Shown here: positions 38,253-50,949 of the stretch, piece after piece
Layout: each line of letters opens with the position of its first letter
Numbering within the stretch: the first letter of the stretch is position 1
NCBI GenBank assembly: GCA_963667925.1
Contig: OY764080.1
Location: forward strand, 2,379,226 to 2,443,225
DNA length: 64,000 bases
Origin: Chloroflexota bacterium
GTDB lineage: Bacteria > Chloroflexota > UBA11872
Direction of reading: 5' to 3'
The notes under the pieces: generated by a model
Told to the model about the DNA's origin: nothing
Seen by the model: the letters and a program-made list of their open reading frames with translations, nothing else
The model's database searches: none
Made by a program: the position numbers and the translations under genes

Positions 38253-41200
38253 ATGCGCCGCGGGCGGACATGCCGGTTTCGACGCGGAGCGAACGTTACT
38301 GTGAGTGTGTCTACACACTCAGGCCATCCAGGCAGAGGTCTTGTGCGGGGCGCTGGTGGGCGCGACGTGGCCTGGCGACTAGCCCTGTGGGTACGGGCGG
38401 CACGACGCGTGCGGCGGACGGCGCATCGCTTCCGGTCAGTGGCCGCTGCGGGTTTCTGGCTGGCGCTGTCGACCGCCGCCTGCGGGCCGAGCGAGCCGGA
38501 ACACCTGGGGGCGTCCTCGCACGTTCATCGGCTGTCGAACCCCACCTGGCGGGTCGCGCCGTCCATCGAAGAGCAGATCTTCCGGTCCACGACGATCGTG
38601 CGCGCGACGCTGCAGTCGGCGACGGCGGCGGTCGAGACGCTGCCCAGCGATCCGGGGGTGGCGCCCACCTACCAGGCGGTGCAGGAACTGCGCTTCACGG
38701 TGCACGAGTACCTGAAGGGGAGCGGCTCAACCGAACTGCTGGTGGTGGTGCGCGGCGGCCACGCCTACCAGACGGAGGCCGAGGCCCGCGACTTCTTGGA
38801 CTACCAGGTGCAGGCGCGGGTCACGACCTGGGACGAGCGGCAGGCGGTGCTCTTCCTGGAGGCGCCGTCGTCGCCGTACACCCAGGCCGCCGGCGGCGGC
38901 GAAGCGGCGGGCAGCTCCGCGACCACCTCGCCGGTCGTTTTGCAGTTCACCCGCTCGAACTATGGCCAGCCGCCGTGGGCCTACAGCGTGGACACGCTAC
39001 GACCGGCCTGGCTGCCCGCGGAGAACACGCCGGCTGAGGGGGAGGCGCCGACGGCCTTCATCACGGACGGCGCGCAATCGCCCTCGCCGACGATCACGCT
39101 GGCCGACCTGCGGGGCCGGATCGCGGCGCTGGCGGCGGAGCTGCAGGCGGGGGCAGGCGTCGACGGATTCCGGGAGTGCATTCTCACCAGAATCGGATAT
39201 GAACGGAGTCGCCGCGCCGACCCGTGGACGCCGCCTCTGGAAGCCGCGACCGTGGGCTCCGGGTCGGCGGCCGGGACTGACGTGAGTCGTGCGGCATATA
39301 GATATGACGATCCGCAATACAGTCGCTACTGGCTCAGCGGCTCAGACTCGGGGCGCTTCCATGCCGTAGTCATCGATGCCGATGGCGTGCCGAGCACTGG
39401 ATATGACCATTCGCTGGCTACCACCCGGCCCCTGCCGAACGGCACGTATCACGTGCGTTACAACTGGCAACACCCTTCGGAAATCCCCTGTGGCTTTGCG
39501 CCCGATGATTCCTACGATGATTTCACCGTCACGGTCACGGCGCCTACCGGGACGGTGCACGAGGCGTTCTTCGATCCGGCGGCGCTGGGCAGCGGGGTCG
39601 TCGGGCGGGACGCCGCCCACGGGGTGCTGGCGCCGGCGGCGGTCGGCACGGCCGGCGGCGCCGCGGGCGCCGCAGCCAGCAGCGGGGCCAGCACGACGGC
39701 CGCGACCCTGCGGCGGCTGACCTGGGACGCGGGGCAGTTGCGGCTGGACGTGAGCGGTACGACCCTGGCCGGGCAGCAACTGGAGCTGATCCGCCTGGAC
39801 GGGACCGTGGGGCTGACGCTGCGCGGCGACGCCGCCGTCGCCACGGCCACCGCCGACGGCCACGAACTGCGCTGGCCGGTCTGCGAGCAACCCTGGCAAC
39901 CGGGCGAGCGCCTGATGCTGCGAATCAGTCCCGTCCCGGCGGGCGACTCGCCGGCAGCCCCGGCCTGCCCCGGCGCCCCCGCCCTGCCCACCGTGACGGT
40001 CGACACGACGGCCCCGGCGGCCGGGGCGCCCGCAACCCTGACGGCGGCGGTCCCGAGCGACGCCGGCGCCGCGACCTACCAGTGGCAGCGCGACGTGGGC
40101 GGCGTCTGGACGCCGGTGGACGCGGCCGGCGCGGCCTACGAAGCGCGCGCGCTGACCGCCATGACCGGCAGCTGGCGCGTGCAGGCGCGCTACGCCTCCG
40201 GGGCCGTGGCCCACTCGGCGCCGGTGACGCTGACCTGGCCGGCCGCGGCCACGCCCCCGTGCCGCAACGGGATAACGGTCCCCACGCCCACAACCAATAC
40301 CGGCCTGGTGCAGGACTGCACGGCCTTGCTTGAGGCGCGGGACGCGCTGGCCGGGCCCGGCCGCCTGAACTGGGACGGGTCGCGGGCGCTCAGCGCCTGG
40401 ACCGGGGTGAGCGTGGGCGGCACGCCGCAACGGGTGACGGCGCTGCGGCTGGGCGCGCAGGGCCTGACCGGCCCCGTGCCGGCGGCGCTGGGCGCGCTGA
40501 CCCAGTTGACGGCGCTGGACCTGCGCGGCAACGCCCTGACCGGCGCGCTGCCCACCGCCCTCGGCGCGCTGACGCGGCTGACCGACCTCCACCTGGCCGG
40601 CACCCGGCTGACCGGCTGCCTGCCGGCCACCCTAGCCGGGGTGGCGACCACGGACGCGGCGGCGCAGGGGCTGGCCGCCTGCCAGGCGGGCCCGGCATTC
40701 GGGGCGCCCCGCTACGCGTGGATCGTGCCGGCCGGTCTGCCGCCGGGCGCAGCCATTGGCCAGGTGCAGGCGACCGATCCGAACGGCGGGACCGTGACCT
40801 ACGCGCTCACGGCGGGCAATGACGCCAGCGTGTTCCAACTCGACGCGGCCACCGGCATCCTGTCGGTGGCGGGGACGCTGCCGGCGGGCGGCGCCGGATT
40901 GACGGTGACCGCCACGGACGCCCAGGGGGGCGCCACCCGCGTGCCGCTGGTCGTGGCGGTGGCCGACGACGCCCAGCGATCACCGCCGGTGTTCCCGGCC
41001 GCCGGCTGGACCTTCCACGTGGCCGAGAACGCGGGCGTGGAGACGGTCGTTGGAACAGCTGCGGCCCGCGACCTCGACGGCGGCCCGCTGACTTACGCCC
41101 TCACAGCCGGCAACACGGCGGGGACTCTTGCGCTCGACCCCAGCTCCGGGCTGCTCACCGTCGCCGGGCCGTTGCACCACGCCACCACCCCCCACTACAC

Positions 41201-41279
41201 CCTGACGCTTACGGCCACCGACGCCCATGGCTTAACTGCGACCGCCACCGTGACGATCACCGTGACGGTCGTCGTCTAG
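38253..41279 (+). CDS. Large secreted/surface protein with Ig-like, plant-type LRR (LxxLxLxxNxLTGxLP) and cadherin-like repeat domains
   Basis: Signal-like N-terminus (AAGFWLALSTAACG); LRR block GLTGPVPAALGALTQLTALDLRGNALTGALPTALGALTRLTDLHLAGTRLTGCLP; two cadherin-like repeats (ATDPNGGTVTYALTAGNDASVFQLD.., ARDLDGGPLTYALTAGNTAGTL). Ends TITVTVVV. Confidence 0.7.
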   Translation: MRRGRTCRFRRGANVTVSVSTHSGHPGRGLVRGAGGRDVAWRLALWVRAARRVRRTAHRFRSVAAAGFWLALSTAACGPSEPEHLGASSHVHRLSNPTWRVAPSIEEQIFRSTTIVRATLQSATAAVETLPSDPGVAPTYQAVQELRFTVHEYLKGSGSTELLVVVRGGHAYQTEAEARDFLDYQVQARVTTWDERQAVLFLEAPSSPYTQAAGGGEAAGSSATTSPVVLQFTRSNYGQPPWAYSVDTLRPAWLPAENTPAEGEAPTAFITDGAQSPSPTITLADLRGRIAALAAELQAGAGVDGFRECILTRIGYERSRRADPWTPPLEAATVGSGSAAGTDVSRAAYRYDDPQYSRYWLSGSDSGRFHAVVIDADGVPSTGYDHSLATTRPLPNGTYHVRYNWQHPSEIPCGFAPDDSYDDFTVTVTAPTGTVHEAFFDPAALGSGVVGRDAAHGVLAPAAVGTAGGAAGAAASSGASTTAATLRRLTWDAGQLRLDVSGTTLAGQQLELIRLDGTVGLTLRGDAAVATATADGHELRWPVCEQPWQPGERLMLRISPVPAGDSPAAPACPGAPALPTVTVDTTAPAAGAPATLTAAVPSDAGAATYQWQRDVGGVWTPVDAAGAAYEARALTAMTGSWRVQARYASGAVAHSAPVTLTWPAAATPPCRNGITVPTPTTNTGLVQDCTALLEARDALAGPGRLNWDGSRALSAWTGVSVGGTPQRVTALRLGAQGLTGPVPAALGALTQLTALDLRGNALTGALPTALGALTRLTDLHLAGTRLTGCLPATLAGVATTDAAAQGLAACQAGPAFGAPRYAWIVPAGLPPGAAIGQVQATDPNGGTVTYALTAGNDASVFQLDAATGILSVAGTLPAGGAGLTVTATDAQGGATRVPLVVAVADDAQRSPPVFPAAGWTFHVAENAGVETVVGTAAARDLDGGPLTYALTAGNTAGTLALDPSSGLLTVAGPLHHATTPHYTLTLTATDAHGLTATATVTITVTVVV

Positions 41280-41306
41280 GCGCCTGCGTTCGCGGCGGCG
41301 CCGTGA

Positions 41307-41420
41307 TCGTTCACGTTCGCCGAAGTTGCGGCCGTGCGGACGGCGGTAGGCCTGGTAGTCGCGACGGATCCCGGGCGCGGGGCAATGACGCACACGCTGA
41401 CGGCAGGGAATGACGAGGGC
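41307..41420 (+). pseudogene. Decayed in-frame remnant of an additional cadherin-like repeat downstream of the surface-protein stop
   Basis: Same frame as 38253-41279. After two stops (TAG 41277, TGA 41304) the frame encodes ..VVATDPGRGAMTHTLTAGNDEGPLL.., homologous to the ATDPNGGTVTYALTAGND repeats. Confidence 0.4.
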
Positions 41421-41499
41421 CCGCTTCTACGATCACAATCGCCTGAGCTAGCGAAGCTGGCGCGCAGCCCTTGTTGCGGACGCGGCAGACCGCGGGCGC

Positions 41500-44535
<3,036 letters not shown>

Positions 44536-44539
<4 letters not shown>

Positions 44540-45732
44540 CCACCGCCTACTTCGATTGCCTGGCCGGCGCCAGCGGCAACATGATCCTCGGCGCCCTGCT
44601 CGACGCCGGCCTCGACAAAACCCGCCTCCTCGCCGAACTCCGCAAGCTCGACCTCCCCCCCTGGAAACTCCGCGACGAACGAGTCCAACGCGGCCTCATC
44701 CAGGCCCGCCTGGTCGACTTCGATATCCAAGACCGCGGCCACCACCACCCCTACACCGACATCGACGCCCGCATCGCCGCCGCCGACCTCAAACCCCAAA
44801 TCCGGGATGAAGCCCGCCAAATCTTCCGCAACCTCGCCGAAGCCGAAGCCCACGTCCACGGCACCCCCGTAAACCAGGTCGAGTTCCACGAAGTCGGCGC
44901 CGCCGACTCCGTGCTCGATGTCGTCGGCGCCGCCGTTGCCTTCCACCTGCTGGGCATCAATCACGTCGTCGTATCCCCCATCAACACCGGCAGCGGCTGG
45001 GTTGAAACCGCCCACGGCCGCCTCCCCGTCCCCGCCCCCGCCACCACCCAACTCCTCGCCGGCAGCGGAGCCGTCGCCTACGGATCCGATGTCAAGTTCG
45101 AACTCCTCACCCCCACCGGCGCCGCCGTCCTCACCCATGCGGCCCACGCCTTCGGCCCCCTGCCCCCCATGCGCGTGCTCCAAACCGGCTACGGCGCCGG
45201 AACCGCTCGCCTCGCCATCCCCAACGTCCTCCGCGTCACCCTCGGCCAGCCCGTCCAGTCCAACCAGGCCGACACCGCCACCGTCATCGAAACCAACATC
45301 GACGACATGAACCCCGAGGCCTACGAATACGTCGCCGCCCGCCTCTTCGCCGCCGGCGCCCTCGACGTCTGGACCGCCCCCATCGTCATGAAAGGCGGCC
45401 GCCCCGCCACCCAACTCTGCGCACTCGGCTCAAACGACACCGCCGCCGCCCTCATCGACCTGATCCTGACCGAAACCACCACCCTCGGCGTCCGTACCTA
45501 TCAGGTCCAGCGAACCAAGCTCCAACGCGCCAGCTACAGCGTCACCACCCCCTACGGCGACATCCGCGTCAAAGCCTCCTACCTCCACGGAACCCTGCGC
45601 GACGCCGCCCCCGAGGCCGCCGACTGCCGCCGCATCGCCGCCGACCAGGGAGTCCCCTGGCGCGACGTGTACGATGCCGCTCGATCCGCCGGACGCGCCG
45701 CCGCGCCCCCCAGTCCCAACCCCGCGGATTAA
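44536..45732 (+). CDS. larC: Nickel-insertion protein LarC (DUF111, pyridinium-3,5-bisthiocarboxylate mononucleotide nickel chelatase)
   Basis: MTTAYFDCLAGASGNMILGALLDAG.. LarC N-terminus; ATGA overlap with larB. Confidence 0.85.
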
Positions 45733-45744
45733 AAGGCCCAGGCA

Positions 45745-46218
45745 ATGTCCGAATCAGATTCCCCGGTCGTCCCCAGCGCCCAGGGCGACGTCGTTCAAGT
45801 CACCGAAGCCGCCGTCGGATCCGTCCGCGCCGACCGCGTCGTCTCCCAGCGCACCACCATGCGCCACACCCACGCCCAGCATGTCCAGGCCGACCGCTCC
45901 CTCATGCTCATGAACCGCACCGACCAGCTCAACGTCACCCGCGGCGCCCTCGGCGGCGCCACCTCCGGTCGAACCCAGGTCCGCAACGCCGCCATGGGCG
46001 TCAACGTCAGCGGCAACGCTCGGCTCGAGAACGTCGCCGCCAGCTGGGTCGTCGCCGGCAACGTCCAGGCCGACCGCGTCCTCAGCCTCGCCGTCATCGG
46101 CGGCAACGTCTCCGGCAACGTCCGCGCCCTCTTCGGAACCCGCGCCGCCATCGCCTTCGGCATCACCCTCGGCCTCTCCACCCTCCTCGCCCGCCTCCTA
46201 ACCCGCCTCCTCCGCTAA
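45745..46218 (+). CDS. Hypothetical protein with bactofilin-like beta-helical repeats and a C-terminal transmembrane helix
   Basis: Repetitive G/N/V-rich pattern (GVNVSGNARLENVAASWVVAGNVQADRVLSLAVIGGNVSGNV) and C-terminal hydrophobic AIAFGITLGLSTLLARLL. Assignment tentative. Confidence 0.4.
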   Translation: MSESDSPVVPSAQGDVVQVTEAAVGSVRADRVVSQRTTMRHTHAQHVQADRSLMLMNRTDQLNVTRGALGGATSGRTQVRNAAMGVNVSGNARLENVAASWVVAGNVQADRVLSLAVIGGNVSGNVRALFGTRAAIAFGITLGLSTLLARLLTRLLR

Positions 46219-46413
46219 CCAGCCGAAGGGCCTGCCCTGAGCCTGTCGAAGGGGATACCCGCCTTCATCCCCGTCCTCTCTCACTCCTCTGCCCTCTCCA
46301 CTCTCCCCGTCGCCGCGTCTCAGACCCGCCCGTCTTCCGCGCAACCCGCATCGCGACAGCAACCCAGCCAGCGCGAAGAGACCCATGCCCCACAGCCTCT
46401 CCAGCGAAACACC

Positions 46414-47478
46414 CTAAGCCTCAAACTCCTCCAACCGCACCGTCCGCTGCTCATCGCTGCTCCGCACCCCCGCCGCCGCAATCCGAATCGTATTCAGGTT
46501 GTCCCGGCTCGACGTCAACGGCTCACGCCCTTCGTTCAGCGCGGCCATTAGTTCGCCCATGCTCCCGCCGAACGCCTCTGGGAACCACGACCCCTCGATC
46601 GGAAATCGCACCCGACGCTCCGGTTCGTCTCGCTGCGTCACGTCCACCCACTGCGGGCTGCCGGTAATCGAACCCTCCGCGCCGTCGATGTGCCAGAACT
46701 CCGAGTGCCCCGCCTTGCTTTGCACGATGTTGTTGAAGTGATCGATAGCCGTCAGGTCGCCGCTGTCGAAGTGCAGCGCCAGCGTGTGACTCAACGGCGA
46801 AACCGCGTTCTGGCCCTGCATCATCGCCGTCGTCGCGCTCACCGCGTCCGGCGTTCGCCCGCTGAAGTGACGGATCAGGTCCAGGAAATGCACCCCGTGG
46901 TCCACGATGTTGAAGTTCACCACGTCGCGCCACCACTTGTCCGGCTGGTCCTGGTACCCCCGCCGCACGTGCGCAACGCTGAACAACGGGCCACAGATCC
47001 TCGACTCGATCAGCAGCTTGATCGCCGCGTGCGCCGGCGCCCACCGCGCTTGCTGGTTGATCATCAGCGTCACCCCGGCGTCCCGCGCCGAGTTCGACAA
47101 CCACGCCGCGTCCTCCCATGTCATGGCGAAGGGCTTCTGCGACAGGATCGGCTTCTCCGCCGCCAGTAGCGCCGGCCACAGCTCCAGCCGCGCATGCGGA
47201 TGCACCGCCAGGTCGATCACCTCAACCTGATCGTTCTCCAGCACCACCCGCGGATCGGTCCCAGCCGCCTCAATCCCCCATCGCGCCTGCGTCGATTCCA
47301 CCGCCGCCGAATCAATATCGCTGCACGCCACCACCTCGTACCCAAAGTCCCGGTACGCCGGCAAGTGAGCCCCGTTCGCAATCCCACCACACCCGATCAA
47401 CCCAATCCGGTAGTGCCGCCCGCGCGGCGGCTTCGGCCGGTAGTTCCCTGGAGTCAGTCGCAATTCGTCCAGCTTCAT
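46414..47478 (-). CDS. Gfo/Idh/MocA family oxidoreductase
   Basis: YRIGLIGCGGIANGAHLPAY Rossmann N-terminus. ATG start MKLDEL at 47476-47478; the ORF-track extension to 47622 is rejected. Confidence 0.8.
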   Translation of the reverse strand: MKLDELRLTPGNYRPKPPRGRHYRIGLIGCGGIANGAHLPAYRDFGYEVVACSDIDSAAVESTQARWGIEAAGTDPRVVLENDQVEVIDLAVHPHARLELWPALLAAEKPILSQKPFAMTWEDAAWLSNSARDAGVTLMINQQARWAPAHAAIKLLIESRICGPLFSVAHVRRGYQDQPDKWWRDVVNFNIVDHGVHFLDLIRHFSGRTPDAVSATTAMMQGQNAVSPLSHTLALHFDSGDLTAIDHFNNIVQSKAGHSEFWHIDGAEGSITGSPQWVDVTQRDEPERRVRFPIEGSWFPEAFGGSMGELMAALNEGREPLTSSRDNLNTIRIAAAGVRSSDEQRTVRLEEFEA

Positions 47479-49492
47479 GCCCACTACCTCAGCGGCAATC
47501 CACGAGAGAATGCCATGCCTCCACACTTCATCATCGACTCCCACCAACCTTTCTGATTCAAACCCGGCATCATTGACCCCAACGACCGCCCAACTCGCAA
47601 CCCGAGGTGACGGCTTGATCACGAACCCACTGGATCGACGCGCACCCGACGCCGGATATCAGGGTTCGCACCGCGCGTACGATTCCGTCGTGTTGCCCGA
47701 CGTCCTCATTCCGGCGCGCGACGGCGTGCAACTGGCTGCCGATATCTACCTGCCGACCCTCAACGGCCGCCAGGTCGACGGGCAGTTTCCGGCGCTCATC
47801 GAGCGCACCCCGTACCTCAAGGACTCCGGCCGCTACGCACGCAAGGCGCACTGGTACGCACGTCGCGGCTACGCCGTCGTCATCAACGACGTCCGTGGCC
47901 GCGGTCGCTCCGGCGGTGAGTGGTATCCCTTTGCCAGAGAAGCCCCCGACGGCTACGACGCCGTGGAGTGGATCGCGGTCCAGCCCTGGTGCAACGGCCG
48001 CGTCGGCACCATGGGCAACTCCTACGCCGGGTCCGACCAGAGCGCCCTGGCCACCCTCAACCCGCCGCACCTGCGCGCCCAGGTCGTCGGCCAGGGCGCC
48101 AGCAACTACCTGATCTCGTCCATGCGCCAGGGCGGCGCCCTGGAACAGCGCTTCATCAGCTATGCCTACCGCATGGCCGTCACCAGCCAGGAAGCCGGCG
48201 CCGACCCCGACCTTGAGCGCGTCCTGCGCGCCGAGTTCGAACGCGTGCCCGAGATCCTGGGCCCACCCCTGCGCTTCCGCCCAGGCCGCACCGCACTCCG
48301 CTTGCTTCCGCTCTACGAACAATGGGCCTGGGACATCCTCACCCAAGGCGGCAGTGGGCCCTACTGGTCCCAGCGCGGCTACACCATCGATGAGTATTGG
48401 CACGAGCACGCCGACGTCCCGGTCCTCTTCCAAAGCGGCTGGTACGACACCTACCCCCGCAGCGCCATCGCCAACTTCCACGCCCTCCGCCGCCTCAGGT
48501 CCAGTCCCATGTCGTTGCTCCTGGGCCACTGGCGCCACGGCGAGCCCACGACCGAGGAGACCTCCGCCGGCGACGTGGACTTAGGCCTCGAATCCGCCCT
48601 CCCCCTCTACGACGATCTGCGCTTGCGCTTCTTCGATCACCACCTCAAGGACCTGGAAACCGGTCTCGACCGCGAGCCGCCTGTCCGCTACTTTGTCATG
48701 GGCGGACAACTCGGCCGACCGCCCGCCGACCTCGAAGGGCGCCTCTGGCACGGCGGCCGCTGGGAATCGGCCGACAAATGGCCGCCGCCCGCCGCTGCCG
48801 AAACCGCCCTCTTCCTGCAGACCGACGGCTCGCTCACCAGCGAAACACCCAACAAGCCGACCGGCCCAACCCGCTTCACCTACGACCCGCGCAATCCGGT
48901 TCCCACCACCGGCGGTTCCATCAGCGCCGCCGAGGAAGCCCTGCCATCCGGCGGCTTCGATCAGCGCGGCCAGCCCGGCCGCTTCCACGGCCACCACGAC
49001 ACCCTCTCCCTGGCCAGCCGCCCCGACGTCCTCAGCTTCGAGACTGCTCCGTTCGACGCGTCGTTCGAGATCGCCGGCCCCGTCGAGGTCGTGCTTTTCG
49101 CCTCCAGCAGCGCCATCGACACCGACTTCACCGCCAAGCTGCTCGACGTATATCCGCATAGCCACGCCACGCCCGGCGGGTACGAGCTCAACCTGGCCGA
49201 CAGCATCCTCCGCGCCCGCTACCGCAACGGCTACGACGGCGAAGAGTTCCTGCAGCCCGAGGAGATCTACGAGTTCCGCATCGTCCTCTACCCCACCGCC
49301 AACCGCTTCGCCCCCGGCCACCGGCTTCGCGTGGACATCTCCTCGTCCAACTATCCCCGCTTCGACGCCAACCCCAACACCGGGGAGCCGCTTGGCCAAT
49401 CCCGGCGCGTCGAGATGGCCCACCAGGCCGTCTACCACGACCCCGACAACCCCAGCCGCCTGCTCGTCCACGTCCGGCCTGTCGCGGAATGA
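47477..49492 (+). CDS. CocE/NonD family alpha/beta hydrolase (S15 X-Pro dipeptidyl-peptidase-like)
   Basis: VLIPARDGVQLAADIYLP..ALIERTPY..GNSYAG and a C-terminal beta-sandwich. Start uncertain (ATG 47477 or 47510). Confidence 0.8.
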   Translation: MPTTSAAIHERMPCLHTSSSTPTNLSDSNPASLTPTTAQLATRGDGLITNPLDRRAPDAGYQGSHRAYDSVVLPDVLIPARDGVQLAADIYLPTLNGRQVDGQFPALIERTPYLKDSGRYARKAHWYARRGYAVVINDVRGRGRSGGEWYPFAREAPDGYDAVEWIAVQPWCNGRVGTMGNSYAGSDQSALATLNPPHLRAQVVGQGASNYLISSMRQGGALEQRFISYAYRMAVTSQEAGADPDLERVLRAEFERVPEILGPPLRFRPGRTALRLLPLYEQWAWDILTQGGSGPYWSQRGYTIDEYWHEHADVPVLFQSGWYDTYPRSAIANFHALRRLRSSPMSLLLGHWRHGEPTTEETSAGDVDLGLESALPLYDDLRLRFFDHHLKDLETGLDREPPVRYFVMGGQLGRPPADLEGRLWHGGRWESADKWPPPAAAETALFLQTDGSLTSETPNKPTGPTRFTYDPRNPVPTTGGSISAAEEALPSGGFDQRGQPGRFHGHHDTLSLASRPDVLSFETAPFDASFEIAGPVEVVLFASSSAIDTDFTAKLLDVYPHSHATPGGYELNLADSILRARYRNGYDGEEFLQPEEIYEFRIVLYPTANRFAPGHRLRVDISSSNYPRFDANPNTGEPLGQSRRVEMAHQAVYHDPDNPSRLLVHVRPVAE

Positions 49493-49517
49493 ACTCCGGC
49501 TGCCTGGAGGAAGGAAC

Positions 49518-50054
49518 ATGACCGAGCTAAAGATCGGAAACACCCGCTTGACGCTCGTCCAGGGGGACATCACCGTTCAGCAGGTGGACGCCATCGTGAA
49601 CGCCGCCAACGCGGCCCTCAGGGGCGGCGGAGGCGTGGATGGCGCCATCCACCGCGCCGGCGGACCCGACATCATGGCCGAATGCCGCCGGATCGGCGGC
49701 TGTCCTACCGGCGAAGCGGTCCGCACCACCGCCGGCCGCCTCCCCGCCAACCACGTCATCCACGCCGTCGGTCCCATCTGGACCAGCGGCAACGTCGGCG
49801 AACCTGATCTGCTCGCCTCCGCCTACCGCTGCTCGCTCCAGATCGCCGCCGCCCACGGCGCGCGCACCGTCGCCTTCCCCTCCATCAGCACCGGCGTCTA
49901 CGGCTTTCCCAAGGACCTGGCCGCCGAAACGGCCCTCAGCGCCGTCACCGAAGTCCTCCCGAATCTAGACCTCGTCGAAGTCCGCTTCGTAGTCTTCGGC
50001 GACAAAGACCTCGCGGCCTACCGGCAGGCGATGCAGGCCAGGGCTTCCGAGTGA
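49518..50054 (+). CDS. Macro-domain protein (O-acetyl-ADP-ribose deacetylase / ADP-ribose-binding, YmdB-like)
   Basis: LVQGDITVQQVDAIVNAANAALRGGGGVDGAIHRAGG macro motif; SD GGAGGAAGG 5 nt upstream of the ATG. Confidence 0.85.
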   Translation: MTELKIGNTRLTLVQGDITVQQVDAIVNAANAALRGGGGVDGAIHRAGGPDIMAECRRIGGCPTGEAVRTTAGRLPANHVIHAVGPIWTSGNVGEPDLLASAYRCSLQIAAAHGARTVAFPSISTGVYGFPKDLAAETALSAVTEVLPNLDLVEVRFVVFGDKDLAAYRQAMQARASE

Positions 50055-50692
50055 CTGACGACGCCGAACAACGCGCCGGCCGCCGCACCCGCGAGCATTG
50101 GGAGGCCAGGTACCGGGAACGCGAAACGCCCTGGGACGACGGTCAACCCTGGGGCCCGCTTCCCGACCTGCTGAACCGCTTCGCCCCACCCGGTGGCCGT
50201 CTGCTCGACATCGGCTGCGGCCTCGGCGGCAAAGCCGCCCAGATGGCCTCACTCGGCTACCGCGTCCTTGGCGTCGACATTTCGCAGGCGGCAATCGACG
50301 AGGCCCGACGCCTGACCGCCGGCCTGAACGGCGAACTTGAACTCCGCCGCGCGAACTTTCTCGAGGAATCCCCCGACACTCCATTCGACCTCGCCTTCGA
50401 CCGCAGCGTCTGGGCCACATTCGACGAGTCTGGCCGCGCCGCCTTCGCTCGCCAGGTGACCACCTGGCTCGCGCCTGGAGGCCACTGGATCAGCCTCACC
50501 GGCTGCGCCGACAACCGCGATCCCGAAACCGGTGAACCTGACCCGCGCGGCTACCCCCGCCACTCCCTCCAGGCCATCGTCACTTGCTGCGAGAGCCACT
50601 TCGAAGTCCTCGAAGTGAGCCGCCAACCCTTCGGCGCAACTTCCGACACCGACTTCACCGCCTGGGTGACGGTTATGCGGATTCGGGACTGA
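50051..50692 (+). CDS. TPMT/TehB-like class I SAM-dependent methyltransferase
   Basis: HWEARYRERETPWD..LLDIGCGLGGKAAQMASLGYRVLGVDIS; ATGA coupling to the macro gene. Confidence 0.75.
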   Translation: MTDDAEQRAGRRTREHWEARYRERETPWDDGQPWGPLPDLLNRFAPPGGRLLDIGCGLGGKAAQMASLGYRVLGVDISQAAIDEARRLTAGLNGELELRRANFLEESPDTPFDLAFDRSVWATFDESGRAAFARQVTTWLAPGGHWISLTGCADNRDPETGEPDPRGYPRHSLQAIVTCCESHFEVLEVSRQPFGATSDTDFTAWVTVMRIRD

Positions 50693-50949
50693 GCTGGAGA
50701 GTCGACGGGCTTCGGTCTTGGGGCGGCTTTGCGGGGTACTCGGGATGGCTTCGTAGACTGACCAGTTCTTCGCGGTGTGCATTGCGCGACCTGATTCGAA
50801 TGGGGACTTCGGCGTCGGCGGTTTGGGGGATCCCTGAGGCGATCCTGGGACGATAGAGGCAGACGATCCCCCCGGGTCAGCCGTGAGCGGGGTTGCTGAG
50901 GGGTTGGCGCGGTTGATCATGGTGCAGGGGCCCGGCAGCAGACGCCGGG

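Noticed and set aside
37219-38271. 350-aa minus-strand ORF antisense to the Lon-like gene
   Set aside because: Low-complexity Arg/Gly/Ala-rich antisense shadow of a well-supported gene, typical of high-GC DNA.
39342-40592. 416-aa minus-strand ORF antisense to the LRR/cadherin surface-protein gene
   Set aside because: Extreme Arg/Gly/Pro composition, no motifs, and it lies entirely within a confidently called gene on the other strand.
48581-49573. 330-aa minus-strand ORF and 453-aa plus-strand ORF (48693-50054) across the CocE/NonD and macro genes
   Set aside because: Antisense and out-of-frame shadows. Only the last 178 codons of the 453-aa ORF (49518-50054) form a real macro-domain gene with its own SD.
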